This document shows, one piece after another, positions 15,876-23,997 of a DNA stretch of 26,800 nt. The notes under the pieces were generated by a model that was given only the letters and a program-made list of their open reading frames with translations, was not told the origin of the DNA and ran no database searches. The DNA comes from Neisseria sp. GT4A_CT1 (GTDB lineage Bacteria > Pseudomonadota > Gammaproteobacteria > Burkholderiales > Neisseriaceae): positions 1-26,800 of the forward strand of contig NZ_JH164965.1 of assembly GCF_000227275.1 (NCBI RefSeq), written 5' to 3'. The translations under genes were made by a program, and so were the position numbers. Each line of letters opens with the position of its first letter. Positions within the stretch are counted from its first letter, which is position 1.

Positions 15876-16352
15876 ATGCAAAAAATTCCATTGACCGTAC
15901 GCGGCGCAGAATTGCTCAAACAAGAATTGCAACGCCTCAAAAGCGTCGCCCGTCCCGAAATCATCGAAGCCATCGCCGAAGCCCGTTCGCACGGTGACTT
16001 GTCCGAAAACGCAGAATACGAAGCCGCCAAAGAAAAACAAGGCTTTATCGAAGGACGAATTTCCGAGTTGGAACACAAATTGTCCATGGCGCACATCATC
16101 AATCCCGCTGAAATCCACGCAGAAGGCAAAATCGTCTTCGGCACGACCGTAACGCTGGAAGATTTGGAAACCGAAGAACACGTTACCTATCAAATCGTCG
16201 GGGAAGACGAAGCAGACATCAAAGAAGGCAAAATCTACGTCGGCTCCCCCATTGCCCGCGCCCTAATCGGCAAAGAGGAAGGCGATGTCGCCGAAGTACA
16301 AGCCCCCGGCGGCGTACGCGAATACGACATTATTTCGGTTCAATATATCTGA
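15876..16352 (+). CDS. greA: Transcription elongation factor GreA
   Basis: 158 aa. The sequence [62 protein letters not shown] is the canonical GreA coiled-coil with the acidic tip. RBS GGAGA lies upstream. Confidence 0.95.
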   Translation: MQKIPLTVRGAELLKQELQRLKSVARPEIIEAIAEARSHGDLSENAEYEAAKEKQGFIEGRISELEHKLSMAHIINPAEIHAEGKIVFGTTVTLEDLETEEHVTYQIVGEDEADIKEGKIYVGSPIARALIGKEEGDVAEVQAPGGVREYDIISVQYI

Positions 16353-16386
16353 TTGCCACGAATTGCCTTGATATAAAGAGAACAGA

Positions 16387-16425
16387 GGTCGTCTGAAAAC
16401 CAAGAAAAATGGTTTTCAGACGACC
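16387..16425. terminator. Inverted DUS pair terminator after greA
   Basis: GGTCGTCTGAAAACC (16387-16401) pairs with GGTTTTCAGACGACC (16411-16425). Confidence 0.75.
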
Positions 16426-16468
16426 CTTCTTACAGTATTCTCCTTGAACTAAGCCATACAAGCAAAAA

Positions 16469-16494
16469 CAGCCGATACTTTCCCGTATCGGCTG
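16469..16494 (-). terminator. Hairpin terminator downstream of glgP
   Basis: CAGCCGATAC-tttccc-GTATCGGCTG, a 10-bp stem followed by a T-run on the minus strand. Confidence 0.7.
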
Positions 16495-16517
16495 TTTCGT
16501 TTACTGCTTCATTCATA

Positions 16518-19004
16518 TCAAACTAATTGGTGTTTAGGCAGCTCTTTCAAAGTCAGCGGCTTGATGTACCAAATATCGCGGCAGTAGTCGGCGATGGATC
16601 GGTCGGACGAGAAGAAGCCCATATTGGCGATGTTGATCAATGCGGATTTTCGCCATGCGGCAACATTGCGGTAGTGTTCGTCCGCTTTGTATTGCGTGTC
16701 GATGTAGCTGCGGAAATCCGCCATCAGTTGATAGAAATCGCCGTAAGGTTGCAGGACGTCATTGTAGCGGTTCGGCTCTTCGGGGGAGAATGTGCCGCTG
16801 CTGATTTGGTTGACGACGCGGCGCAGGTCATGATCGCGTTCGATGTAGCCTAGCGGGTCGTAACCGTTGCGGCGAAGTTCTTCCACCTGCTCGACGGTGT
16901 TGCCGAAGATAAAGCAGTTGTCCGCGCCGACTTTTTCCAGAATTTCAACGTTCGCGCCGTCCAGCGTACCCATACAGAGCGCACCGTTGAGGGCGAATTT
17001 CATGTTGCTGGTACCCGATGCCTCTGTGCCTGCCAATGAGATTTGTTCGTGCAAATCGGCGGCGGGGATGATGATTTGGGCGAGGCTGACGCTGTAATTC
17101 GGGATATAGACGACTTTAATCAGGTCGCGGATGCGTTCGTCGTTGTTGATGGTTTTCGCTACGTCGTTAATCAGGCGGATGATTTTTTTCGCCATGTAGT
17201 AGGCGGATGCGGCTTTACCGGCAAAGATGAAGACGCGCGGCTGCCAGTCGAAATCCGGGTTTTCCAGGATTTTGTTGTAGCGGTCGACGATGTGCATCAC
17301 GTTCAACGCCTGGCGCTTGTATTCGTGGATGCGTTTGATTTGGATGTCAAACAGCGCGTCCGTGTTAACCTTGATGCCCAATTCGGTTTCGATGTATTTG
17401 GCGAGGCGTTCTTTGGCGGCTTTTTTCACTGCGCCGAATTCTGCCTGCACGCTTGCATCGTCAACTTTTTCGTTGAGCTTGGTCAGATTGTCCAAATGCA
17501 GGCGCCAGTCTTGTTCGCCCAAGTGTTTGTCGAGGAAACGGGTCAATTCGGGGTTGGCGATGTTGATCCAGCGGCGCGGGGTTACGCCGTTGGTTACGTT
17601 GGTAAAGCGTTCGGGGAACACTTTGGCAAAGTCGGCGAAGATGGAAGTGATCATCAGGTCGGAGTGGATTTTCGCCACGCCGTTGACTTTGTGCGAACCG
17701 ATGACTGCCAGCCATGCCATGCGGACACGGCGGCCGTTGTTCTCATCGATGATGGACACGCGGCGGACGAAGTCGTCGTCGAAGTTGCCGATGGCGCGCA
17801 GGGCGTTCAGGAAGTAGGCGTTGATTTCAAAGATGATGTCCAAATGGCGCGGCAGCAGGCGGCCCATCAAATCGACCGGCCAAGTTTCCAAGGCTTCGCT
17901 CATCAGGGTGTGGTTGGTGTAAGAGAAAATTTTGCAGCACATATTCCATGCTTCGGTCCACACGATGCCTTCTTCGTCAATCAGGATGCGCATCAGCTCG
18001 GGAATCGCCAGCACGGGGTGGGTATCGTTCAGGTGAATGGCGACTTTGTCGGCAAGGTTTTTGATGCTGGGGAAACGGCATTTGTGGCGCGCCACGATGT
18101 CTTGTACGGATGCGGAAACCAGGAAATATTCCTGTTTCAGGCGCAGTTCGCGGCCGCTGTCGGTGGAGTCGTTCGGATAGAGGACGCGCGAGATGTTTTC
18201 ATCGCTGTTTTGCGCGCGGACGGCGGAAGCGTAATCGCCGCGGTTGAAATCTGCCAAGTCGAAGCGGCTACCGGCGTGAGCCGTCCACAGGCGCAACGGA
18301 TTGGCGACGTCGCCGCCGTAGCCGGGGATGATTTCATCGTATGCCATCGCGGAAATTTCTTCGCTCGGATGCCATTCTTTTTTGTCACCCATATTGATGA
18401 CCTGTCCGCCGAAGCTGACGGCGTATTGTTTGTTCGGGCGGCCGATTTGCCATGCCAAATCTTGGTCGAGCCACAAATCGGGTTTTTCGACCTGCTGGCC
18501 GTCCACGATTTCTTGTTTGAACATACCGTATTGATAGCGGATGCCGTAGCCCATGGCGGGAATGCGCAAGGTGGCGAGCGAGTCGAGGAAGCAGGCGGCC
18601 AGGCGGCCCAAACCGCCGTTGCCCAAGCCGGGGTCTTGTTCTTGTTCGCAGATGTCGGCGAACTCTTTACCCAGTTGTTTGAACGCCTCTTCAAATTCGG
18701 CATACACGCCTTCGTTAATCAAAGCGTTGACGAAGGCGCGTCCCAACAGGAATTCCATGGAAAGGTAGTAAACCATGCGTTTGCCGTTGTCGATGTGGGC
18801 GCGGCGTGTTTGCAGGAAGTCTTCGGCAATCAGGTCGCGCGCGGCGAGCATGGCGGCGTTGAGCCATTGGTGTTCGGTCGCCTCTTTCGGATCGACGCCC
18901 AAAATGAAAATCAATTTATAGACGATGGACTTGCGGATGGTTTCGGCATCCGGTTTCGGCATGACATAATCAAAACCTGAAATGGGTTGTTTTTTCTTAG
19001 CCAT
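16518..19004 (-). CDS. glgP: Glycogen/maltodextrin phosphorylase
   Basis: 828 aa. The PLP-lysine motif [15 protein letters not shown] and the segments [16 protein letters not shown] and RIHEYKRQ are present. RBS GAGAAAGG lies upstream. Confidence 0.93.
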   Translation of the reverse strand: MAKKKQPISGFDYVMPKPDAETIRKSIVYKLIFILGVDPKEATEHQWLNAAMLAARDLIAEDFLQTRRAHIDNGKRMVYYLSMEFLLGRAFVNALINEGVYAEFEEAFKQLGKEFADICEQEQDPGLGNGGLGRLAACFLDSLATLRIPAMGYGIRYQYGMFKQEIVDGQQVEKPDLWLDQDLAWQIGRPNKQYAVSFGGQVINMGDKKEWHPSEEISAMAYDEIIPGYGGDVANPLRLWTAHAGSRFDLADFNRGDYASAVRAQNSDENISRVLYPNDSTDSGRELRLKQEYFLVSASVQDIVARHKCRFPSIKNLADKVAIHLNDTHPVLAIPELMRILIDEEGIVWTEAWNMCCKIFSYTNHTLMSEALETWPVDLMGRLLPRHLDIIFEINAYFLNALRAIGNFDDDFVRRVSIIDENNGRRVRMAWLAVIGSHKVNGVAKIHSDLMITSIFADFAKVFPERFTNVTNGVTPRRWINIANPELTRFLDKHLGEQDWRLHLDNLTKLNEKVDDASVQAEFGAVKKAAKERLAKYIETELGIKVNTDALFDIQIKRIHEYKRQALNVMHIVDRYNKILENPDFDWQPRVFIFAGKAASAYYMAKKIIRLINDVAKTINNDERIRDLIKVVYIPNYSVSLAQIIIPAADLHEQISLAGTEASGTSNMKFALNGALCMGTLDGANVEILEKVGADNCFIFGNTVEQVEELRRNGYDPLGYIERDHDLRRVVNQISSGTFSPEEPNRYNDVLQPYGDFYQLMADFRSYIDTQYKADEHYRNVAAWRKSALINIANMGFFSSDRSIADYCRDIWYIKPLTLKELPKHQLV

Positions 19005-19207
19005 GATAGCCTTTCTCTGTTGGGGATAGGATGATGAAGCGGGGGAATTTGTATCTTTTGGCAGTCTGAGGTCGTCTGAAAAGCCGTATGCCTTTATGTT
19101 CCGTTAAGCAAGTCAATCAGGTAAATTTATTACTCATCTTCAGCATTATAACTGAGGCAGTGTAAATAATAGGGTTTCTTTTAAAAACATCCTATTAATG
19201 ACATATG

Positions 19208-21207
19208 TCATATATTCGGCGATGTATTTTTACGCTGCAAAATCCAAATACCCATATGTTCGACTGTCAGCTTGCCGTCTGCATTGTAATTAAACTTCTC
19301 GGATGGTACGCAAGAAATCTGCCAACTTCCTTGAGGCAGGTTAAATATTTGTTGACTACGCTTGGCATTGATCAACAGCAGCCATTCATCGTCCAAAACA
19401 ATCTGCATGGCTTTTGCGCCGCGGTTGTGCCAACAAAGCTCGCTCATCGGTTCGCCTTGGATATTGAGCCAGCGGACGCGCTCTTGTTTCCACCAGACAT
19501 CATCGCCCAATAATTTGATTTCTTGACGCAGGCGGATTAAATCGCGCGTATAGCCTTGCAACGCTTCGTCCGCCTGCTGCCAATCCAGCCAAGTAATCGG
19601 GTTGTCCTGACAATAGCTGTTGTTGTTGCCCTGTTGGCTGTTGCCGAACTCGTCGCCCGCCAGCAGCATGGGCGTGCCGTTGGCAAGGAACAGCGAGGCA
19701 AGCAAGGCTTTGACGGTGTAGGAGCGGTCTTCCAAAATCGCCGCATCTTGGGTTTCGCCCTCGATGCCGTGGTTGTAGCTGATGTTTTCGTTATGTCCGT
19801 CGCGGTTGTCTTCGCCGTTGGCATGGTTGTGTTTTTCGTTGTAGCTGACCAAATCGCGCAGCGTAAAACCATCGTGTGCGGTGATGAAATTGATGCTGGC
19901 GGAAGGATGACGGCCGCTGTGGTTGAAAATATCAGACGACCCCGCCAGACGTTCGGCAAACGCACCCAAATTGCCGCTTTCCCACACCCAAAACGCGCGC
20001 ATATCGTCGCGGAAACGTCCGTTCCACTCGGCAAAAGGCTGCGGGAAATTGCCCAAGTGATAGCCGCCTTCGCCGATGTCCCACGCTTCGACAATCAGTT
20101 TGCAGCGTGCCAACACGGGGTCTTGGTACACCACCTGAAAAAAACGTCCGTAAGCCTGAAAATCGGGTTCCCGCCCCAATACCGTTCCCAAGTCGAAACG
20201 GAAACCGTCCACATGAAACGTTTCCGCCCAATAGCGCAGGCTGTCCGCCGCCCAGCGGGTTACGTCGCGGCGGACGATGTTCAACGTATTGCCGCAGCCC
20301 GACCAGTTTTCATAGCTGCCGTCGGGCTTCAGCCAATACCACAAAGCATTGTCTATGCCGCGCTGGCAAAGCATCGGGCCTTTTTCATCCTGCTCGGCGG
20401 TATGGTTGTACACGACATCCAATATCACTTCCAAGCCCGCCTGGTGCAAGGCTTTGACCGCCTGCTTCAACTCTTCCGCCGCGCGTTCGGCATCGGCGGC
20501 ATAAGACGGCTCGACGGCAAAATGGGAATAGGTGTTGTAGCCCCAATAATTGCTCAAGCCCATTTTTTGCAGGTGGTATTCGTCCAAATGCTGGTGTACC
20601 GGCAGCAGCTCAACGGCGGTAACGCCCAAAGTTTTCAAATAATCAATCACGCGCGGATCGGTCAGGGCGTGATACGTTCCCGGTGTTCCAAATCGGGAAA
20701 CTGCTTGGTAAACCCTTTCACATGGGCTTCATACACTACCGTCCTGCCCCACGGATGGTTCGGACGGCGCTCGTCGCCCCAATCGAAATCATCGTCGCCC
20801 ACCACCACGCTTTTGGGTGCCACCGCCGCATTGTTCCGTCCGTCTTCCGGACGAAACCACGCCATTTCCTCATCATCCCGATAACTCGGTTTGCCGTCGA
20901 TTTTTTTGGAATACGGGTCAATCAACAATTTGTTTGGATTGAAACACGAGCCGCCCGGCGCATCAGCGCGTCCGTAAACACGAAAACCATACTGCTGCCC
21001 TGCCCCGACCTCCGGCACAAAGCCGTAAAAAACCGACCCGCGCCGCGAAGGCATTTCCAAACGGGTTTCCTTTCCCTTGTCAAAGAGGCACAGCTCGACT
21101 TTTTCGGCATGGATGGAAAACAGCGCAAAATTCGCCCCTTCCTCAGTCAGCGACACGCCCATCGGATAAGGCGCACCTTCTTCAATGCGCCATGTTTTGG
21201 TTTTCAT
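19208..21207 (-). pseudogene. glgX: Glycogen debranching enzyme GlgX, interrupted by a 1-nt frameshift near 20679-20681
   Basis: The N-terminal ORF 21207..20662 ends ..YEAHVKGFTKQFPDLEHRERITP*. The adjacent frame continues GTYHALTDPRVIDYLKTLGVTAVELLPVHQH into ORF 20650..19208, which carries GFRFDL, VEAWDIG and FITAHDGF. One extra G in the minus-strand GGG run restores FPDLEHRGTYHALTDPRV. Confidence 0.8.
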
Positions 21208-21291
21208 TTTGTTTGTCCTGATTTGATGGAAACGCGTCGGGCTGCGCTTCCGGATAGTTGTTCTTTTTATAGTGGTGATGCTTGAAGGGAA

Positions 21292-21334
21292 AGAGGTCGT
21301 CTGAAAAGCAAAATCCCGTTTTCAGACGACCTCT
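21292..21334. terminator. Inverted DUS pair terminator between the HlyD-family gene and glgX
   Basis: AGAGGTCGTCTGAAAA (21292-21307) pairs with TTTTCAGACGACCTCT (21319-21334). Confidence 0.7.
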
Positions 21335-21385
21335 TTTAGCCATAAACCTTTGTTTTAACTTGAGGCCGTCCGAATTTGAGCGCTA

Positions 21386-22441
21386 TTAATTCGGCAACCT
21401 CACCGCCAACTCGGCAGGCCAAGCCGCCTTAGCGTCGGTTTTTACAAAACCATTGCCCGTCAGCCCGCCTTTCAGCAGACGGTTGTATTTCACCGCCGTT
21501 TCGCGCGGCACTTGCAATTTCACTTTAAACATCAGTTTCGCGCGTTCATCAACCGTTTCCACCGACTTGGGCGTAAATTGCGCGTCCGTCGCGATAAATT
21601 TGATTTTGGCGGGGAACACCGCATCAATGCCGTCCAAACGGATACGCGCCTCATCATTGACTTTCAGACGACTTATGCTGTCGGTCGGCAGAAAAATATT
21701 CATCGAAACATCGGCAGGATCAAGCAGGCTGACCACTTTCGAACCCGCCGCGACCACGTTGCCCGCTTCCGCAATGGTGTATTCCACCCTGCCCGCTATC
21801 GGCGCTCGGATATTCATATCATCGTTGGCGGATGTGGCCGATTTGACTGCCGCCCTCGCCTGTTCGACACCGGCGCGCGCTTCCGCTTGCGCGGCGGCAC
21901 TTTGCGCTACCGTCGCCTGCGCTTCGTCCCGTGCCGCTTCGGCTGCTTTGACTGCTGCAACAGCGCGCTCATAATCTGCCTGACGCTTGGTGACTTCCGA
22001 TTGCGACACCAGCTGGTCGGCAAGCAATTTACGCGCATTGTCCAGCTCCATTTTCGCCACTCGCAGCTGCTGCCTGTTCGCGTCCACATTCGCCTGCGCG
22101 CGCGCAACCGTCTGTTTCATCTGCGCTTCGGCAGCTTTGGCGCGACCGACCGCCTCTTCTTGCCGCAATTCCGCCGCCCGCGCTTCTTCCAAACGGCTGT
22201 TGCTGGTTTCAGACGACAGTTCCGCCAGAATATCGCCCTCTTTCACATCTGCGCCCTCTTCCACCAATACCGCCTTCACCCGCCCCGGATACAGGCTGGC
22301 GACATCGATGCGGTTCAGCTCCAACCGCCCGTTGGATTGCGCAATCCATCCAGGCAAGGTTTCTTTTTGGTTTTGAAGGACATACCACGCACCGCCCGCA
22401 ACCAGCGCAACGGCAAGAGAAGCAATAACAGCTTTTTTCAT
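21386..22441 (-). CDS. HlyD-family periplasmic adaptor / membrane fusion protein (YbhG-like)
   Basis: It has an N-terminal anchor VIASLAVALVAGGAWYV, a lipoyl-like motif GRVKAVLVEEGADVKEGDILAEL, a long Ala-rich coiled coil and a beta-barrel C-terminus. RBS AAGGTG lies upstream. Confidence 0.8.
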   Translation of the reverse strand: MKKAVIASLAVALVAGGAWYVLQNQKETLPGWIAQSNGRLELNRIDVASLYPGRVKAVLVEEGADVKEGDILAELSSETSNSRLEEARAAELRQEEAVGRAKAAEAQMKQTVARAQANVDANRQQLRVAKMELDNARKLLADQLVSQSEVTKRQADYERAVAAVKAAEAARDEAQATVAQSAAAQAEARAGVEQARAAVKSATSANDDMNIRAPIAGRVEYTIAEAGNVVAAGSKVVSLLDPADVSMNIFLPTDSISRLKVNDEARIRLDGIDAVFPAKIKFIATDAQFTPKSVETVDERAKLMFKVKLQVPRETAVKYNRLLKGGLTGNGFVKTDAKAAWPAELAVRLPN

Positions 22442-22461
22442 GTTGCTTTACACCTTAATCA

Positions 22462-23100
22462 TCAAAACGGGCGCGCCTTAAGGCGGTATTGCGGAAACAG
22501 CGCGGCAAACGCCCAATCTATCCTTTGGTGGATGGACGAATCGGTCAGCAAATCCTCATGCCGCCCGTTCATCTCATCGGTCAGTATCCCCAACATACGG
22601 TAGCGCGTGTTCATAATCATCGGCGAGATAACCGCGCCATTAAGGAACTCAAACTGATTCAACAATTCCAATTCCGACACACCCTCCCTACCGTTGCACT
22701 TCTTGATATGCCGGATCATCCCGTAGGCAAGCATCTTATGCTGCTTTTTCAACGCTTTGGTAATCAAATCCACGCCTTCTTCGCTGTCCAGCAGCATCCT
22801 GTGTATCCACGCCAAATGTTCGCGTATCGTTACCGCCAGCCGCCAGACAATCTGATACAGCCGCTCCGTATCTTCGATATTTTGGGCAAAATCGAACGAC
22901 ACCCGCCCCAAAGCCCGATTGCTGTACTCAATCAACATCGCCTTCACAAATTCGTCTTTGTCGGCAAACATCCTGTTGAACGTTTCCAAATTCGAATTCA
23001 AATGCTCCGCGATCGCATGCTCGGACAGCCGCTTGTAGCCGCATCTGGGATAAAAATGAATGCCTGCGGAAATAAATTGCGCACTGGTTACACCGTTCAT
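22462..23100 (-). CDS. TetR/AcrR-family transcriptional regulator (divergent HTH), 212 aa
   Basis: The ATG at 23100 has RBS GAGGTG; the track start at 23148 is less likely. The N-terminal pattern [43 protein letters not shown] fits the TetR HTH layout. It sits directly upstream of the adaptor gene, as in the E. coli cecR-ybhG arrangement. Confidence 0.55.
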   Translation of the reverse strand: MNGVTSAQFISAGIHFYPRCGYKRLSEHAIAEHLNSNLETFNRMFADKDEFVKAMLIEYSNRALGRVSFDFAQNIEDTERLYQIVWRLAVTIREHLAWIHRMLLDSEEGVDLITKALKKQHKMLAYGMIRHIKKCNGREGVSELELLNQFEFLNGAVISPMIMNTRYRMLGILTDEMNGRHEDLLTDSSIHQRIDWAFAALFPQYRLKARPF

Positions 23101-23262
23101 TATCTTCACCTCATCTGCCTGTATTGTTGTCATAGGACAAATATCCAAGACTCAAATGAAACAAAAATCTTCTGGAATATCAGACCGCCTTCAGACGCTA
23201 CTGTTGCAAACCAACGCCCCATCCCAAGCCGAGCCGATACAAATGCCAACCAACCGTTATTT

Positions 23263-23419
23263 TATAGTGGATTAAATTTAAATCAGGACAAGGCGACGAA
23301 GCCGCAGACAGTACAGATAGTACGGAACTGATTCACTTGGTGCTTCAGCACCTTAGAGAATCGTTCTCTTTGAGCTAAGGCGAGGCAACGCCGTACTGGT
23401 TTAAAGTTAATCCACTATA
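23263..23419 (+). mobile_element. Correia repeat-enclosed element (CREE), 157 bp
   Basis: It starts TATAGTGGATTAAATTTAAATCAGGACAAGGCGACGAAGCCGCAGACAGTAC and ends GGTTTAAAGTTAATCCACTATA, the characteristic Correia terminal inverted repeats with TA ends. Confidence 0.9.
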
Positions 23420-23708
23420 TCAAGCACGCAAAACGCCCCGACTCAATCATCCGGTCTGTTTTTTTATTTCACTATATAACAAACCGCCCTCGCCTTCAAT
23501 GCAAGCCATCTTCCAATTATCATTAAAATCCGATAGTTAAATTTGTTTTACGAGGATATGGGTCGTCTGAAAAAACGGTTTCAGACGATTTGAAGAAAGC
23601 ATCAATATAAACCAATACCCTTAAAACCCTGCATCGTTGAACTGCAAGCCTGACGGTTTGCCGCCATTCTTGCCTGAGTAACAACGGCTGAGCAAACATA
23701 AATGAAAA

Positions 23709-23865
23709 TATAGTGGACTAAATTTAAACCAGTACGGCGTTGCCTCGCCTTAGCTCAAAGAGAACGATTCTCTAAGGTGCTGAAGCACCAAGTGAATCAG
23801 TTCCGTACTATCTGTACTGTCTGCAGCTTTGTCGCCTTGTCCTAATTTAAATTTAATCCACTATA
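23709..23865 (-). mobile_element. Second Correia element, 157 bp, inverted relative to the first
   Basis: Its reverse complement differs from the 23263-23419 copy at about 5 positions by my alignment. Confidence 0.9.
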
Positions 23866-23899
23866 TCAGGACGAAACCTTATTCGTTCCCCCCAAAAAA

Positions 23900-23937
23900 T
23901 TTCAGACGACCCCTTCATCTCAAAAGGTCGTCTGAAA
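23900..23937 (-). terminator. Inverted DUS pair terminator downstream of glgB
   Basis: TTTCAGACGACC (23900-23911) pairs with GGTCGTCTGAAA (23926-23937). On the minus strand the hairpin is followed by TTTTTT. Confidence 0.75.
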
Positions 23938-23997
23938 CAGGCAAAGCGGTTGGTTTGAACCTGTCTTTCTGCGTTCAAAAACAAGTTCAGCCCAAAC

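Noticed and set aside
17043-18980. 645-aa plus-strand ORF (and the smaller ORFs 16527-16853, 17290-17817 and 18553-18768) opposite glgP
   Set aside because: These are shadow ORFs antisense to a gene with unmistakable phosphorylase motifs. Their translations are low-complexity (V/F/G/A/D-rich) with no recognisable motif, which is typical of GC-biased third positions.
19556-20884. 442-aa plus-strand ORF spanning the glgX frameshift region
   Set aside because: It is antisense to glgX and low-complexity. It bridges the frameshift only because it lies on the other strand.
21453-23331. Plus-strand ORFs 21453-21974, 21512-22603, 21987-22376 and 22489-23331, opposite the adaptor and TetR genes
   Set aside because: These are Arg/Phe/Ser-rich shadow frames of an Ala-rich coiled-coil gene. 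The last one runs into the Correia element.
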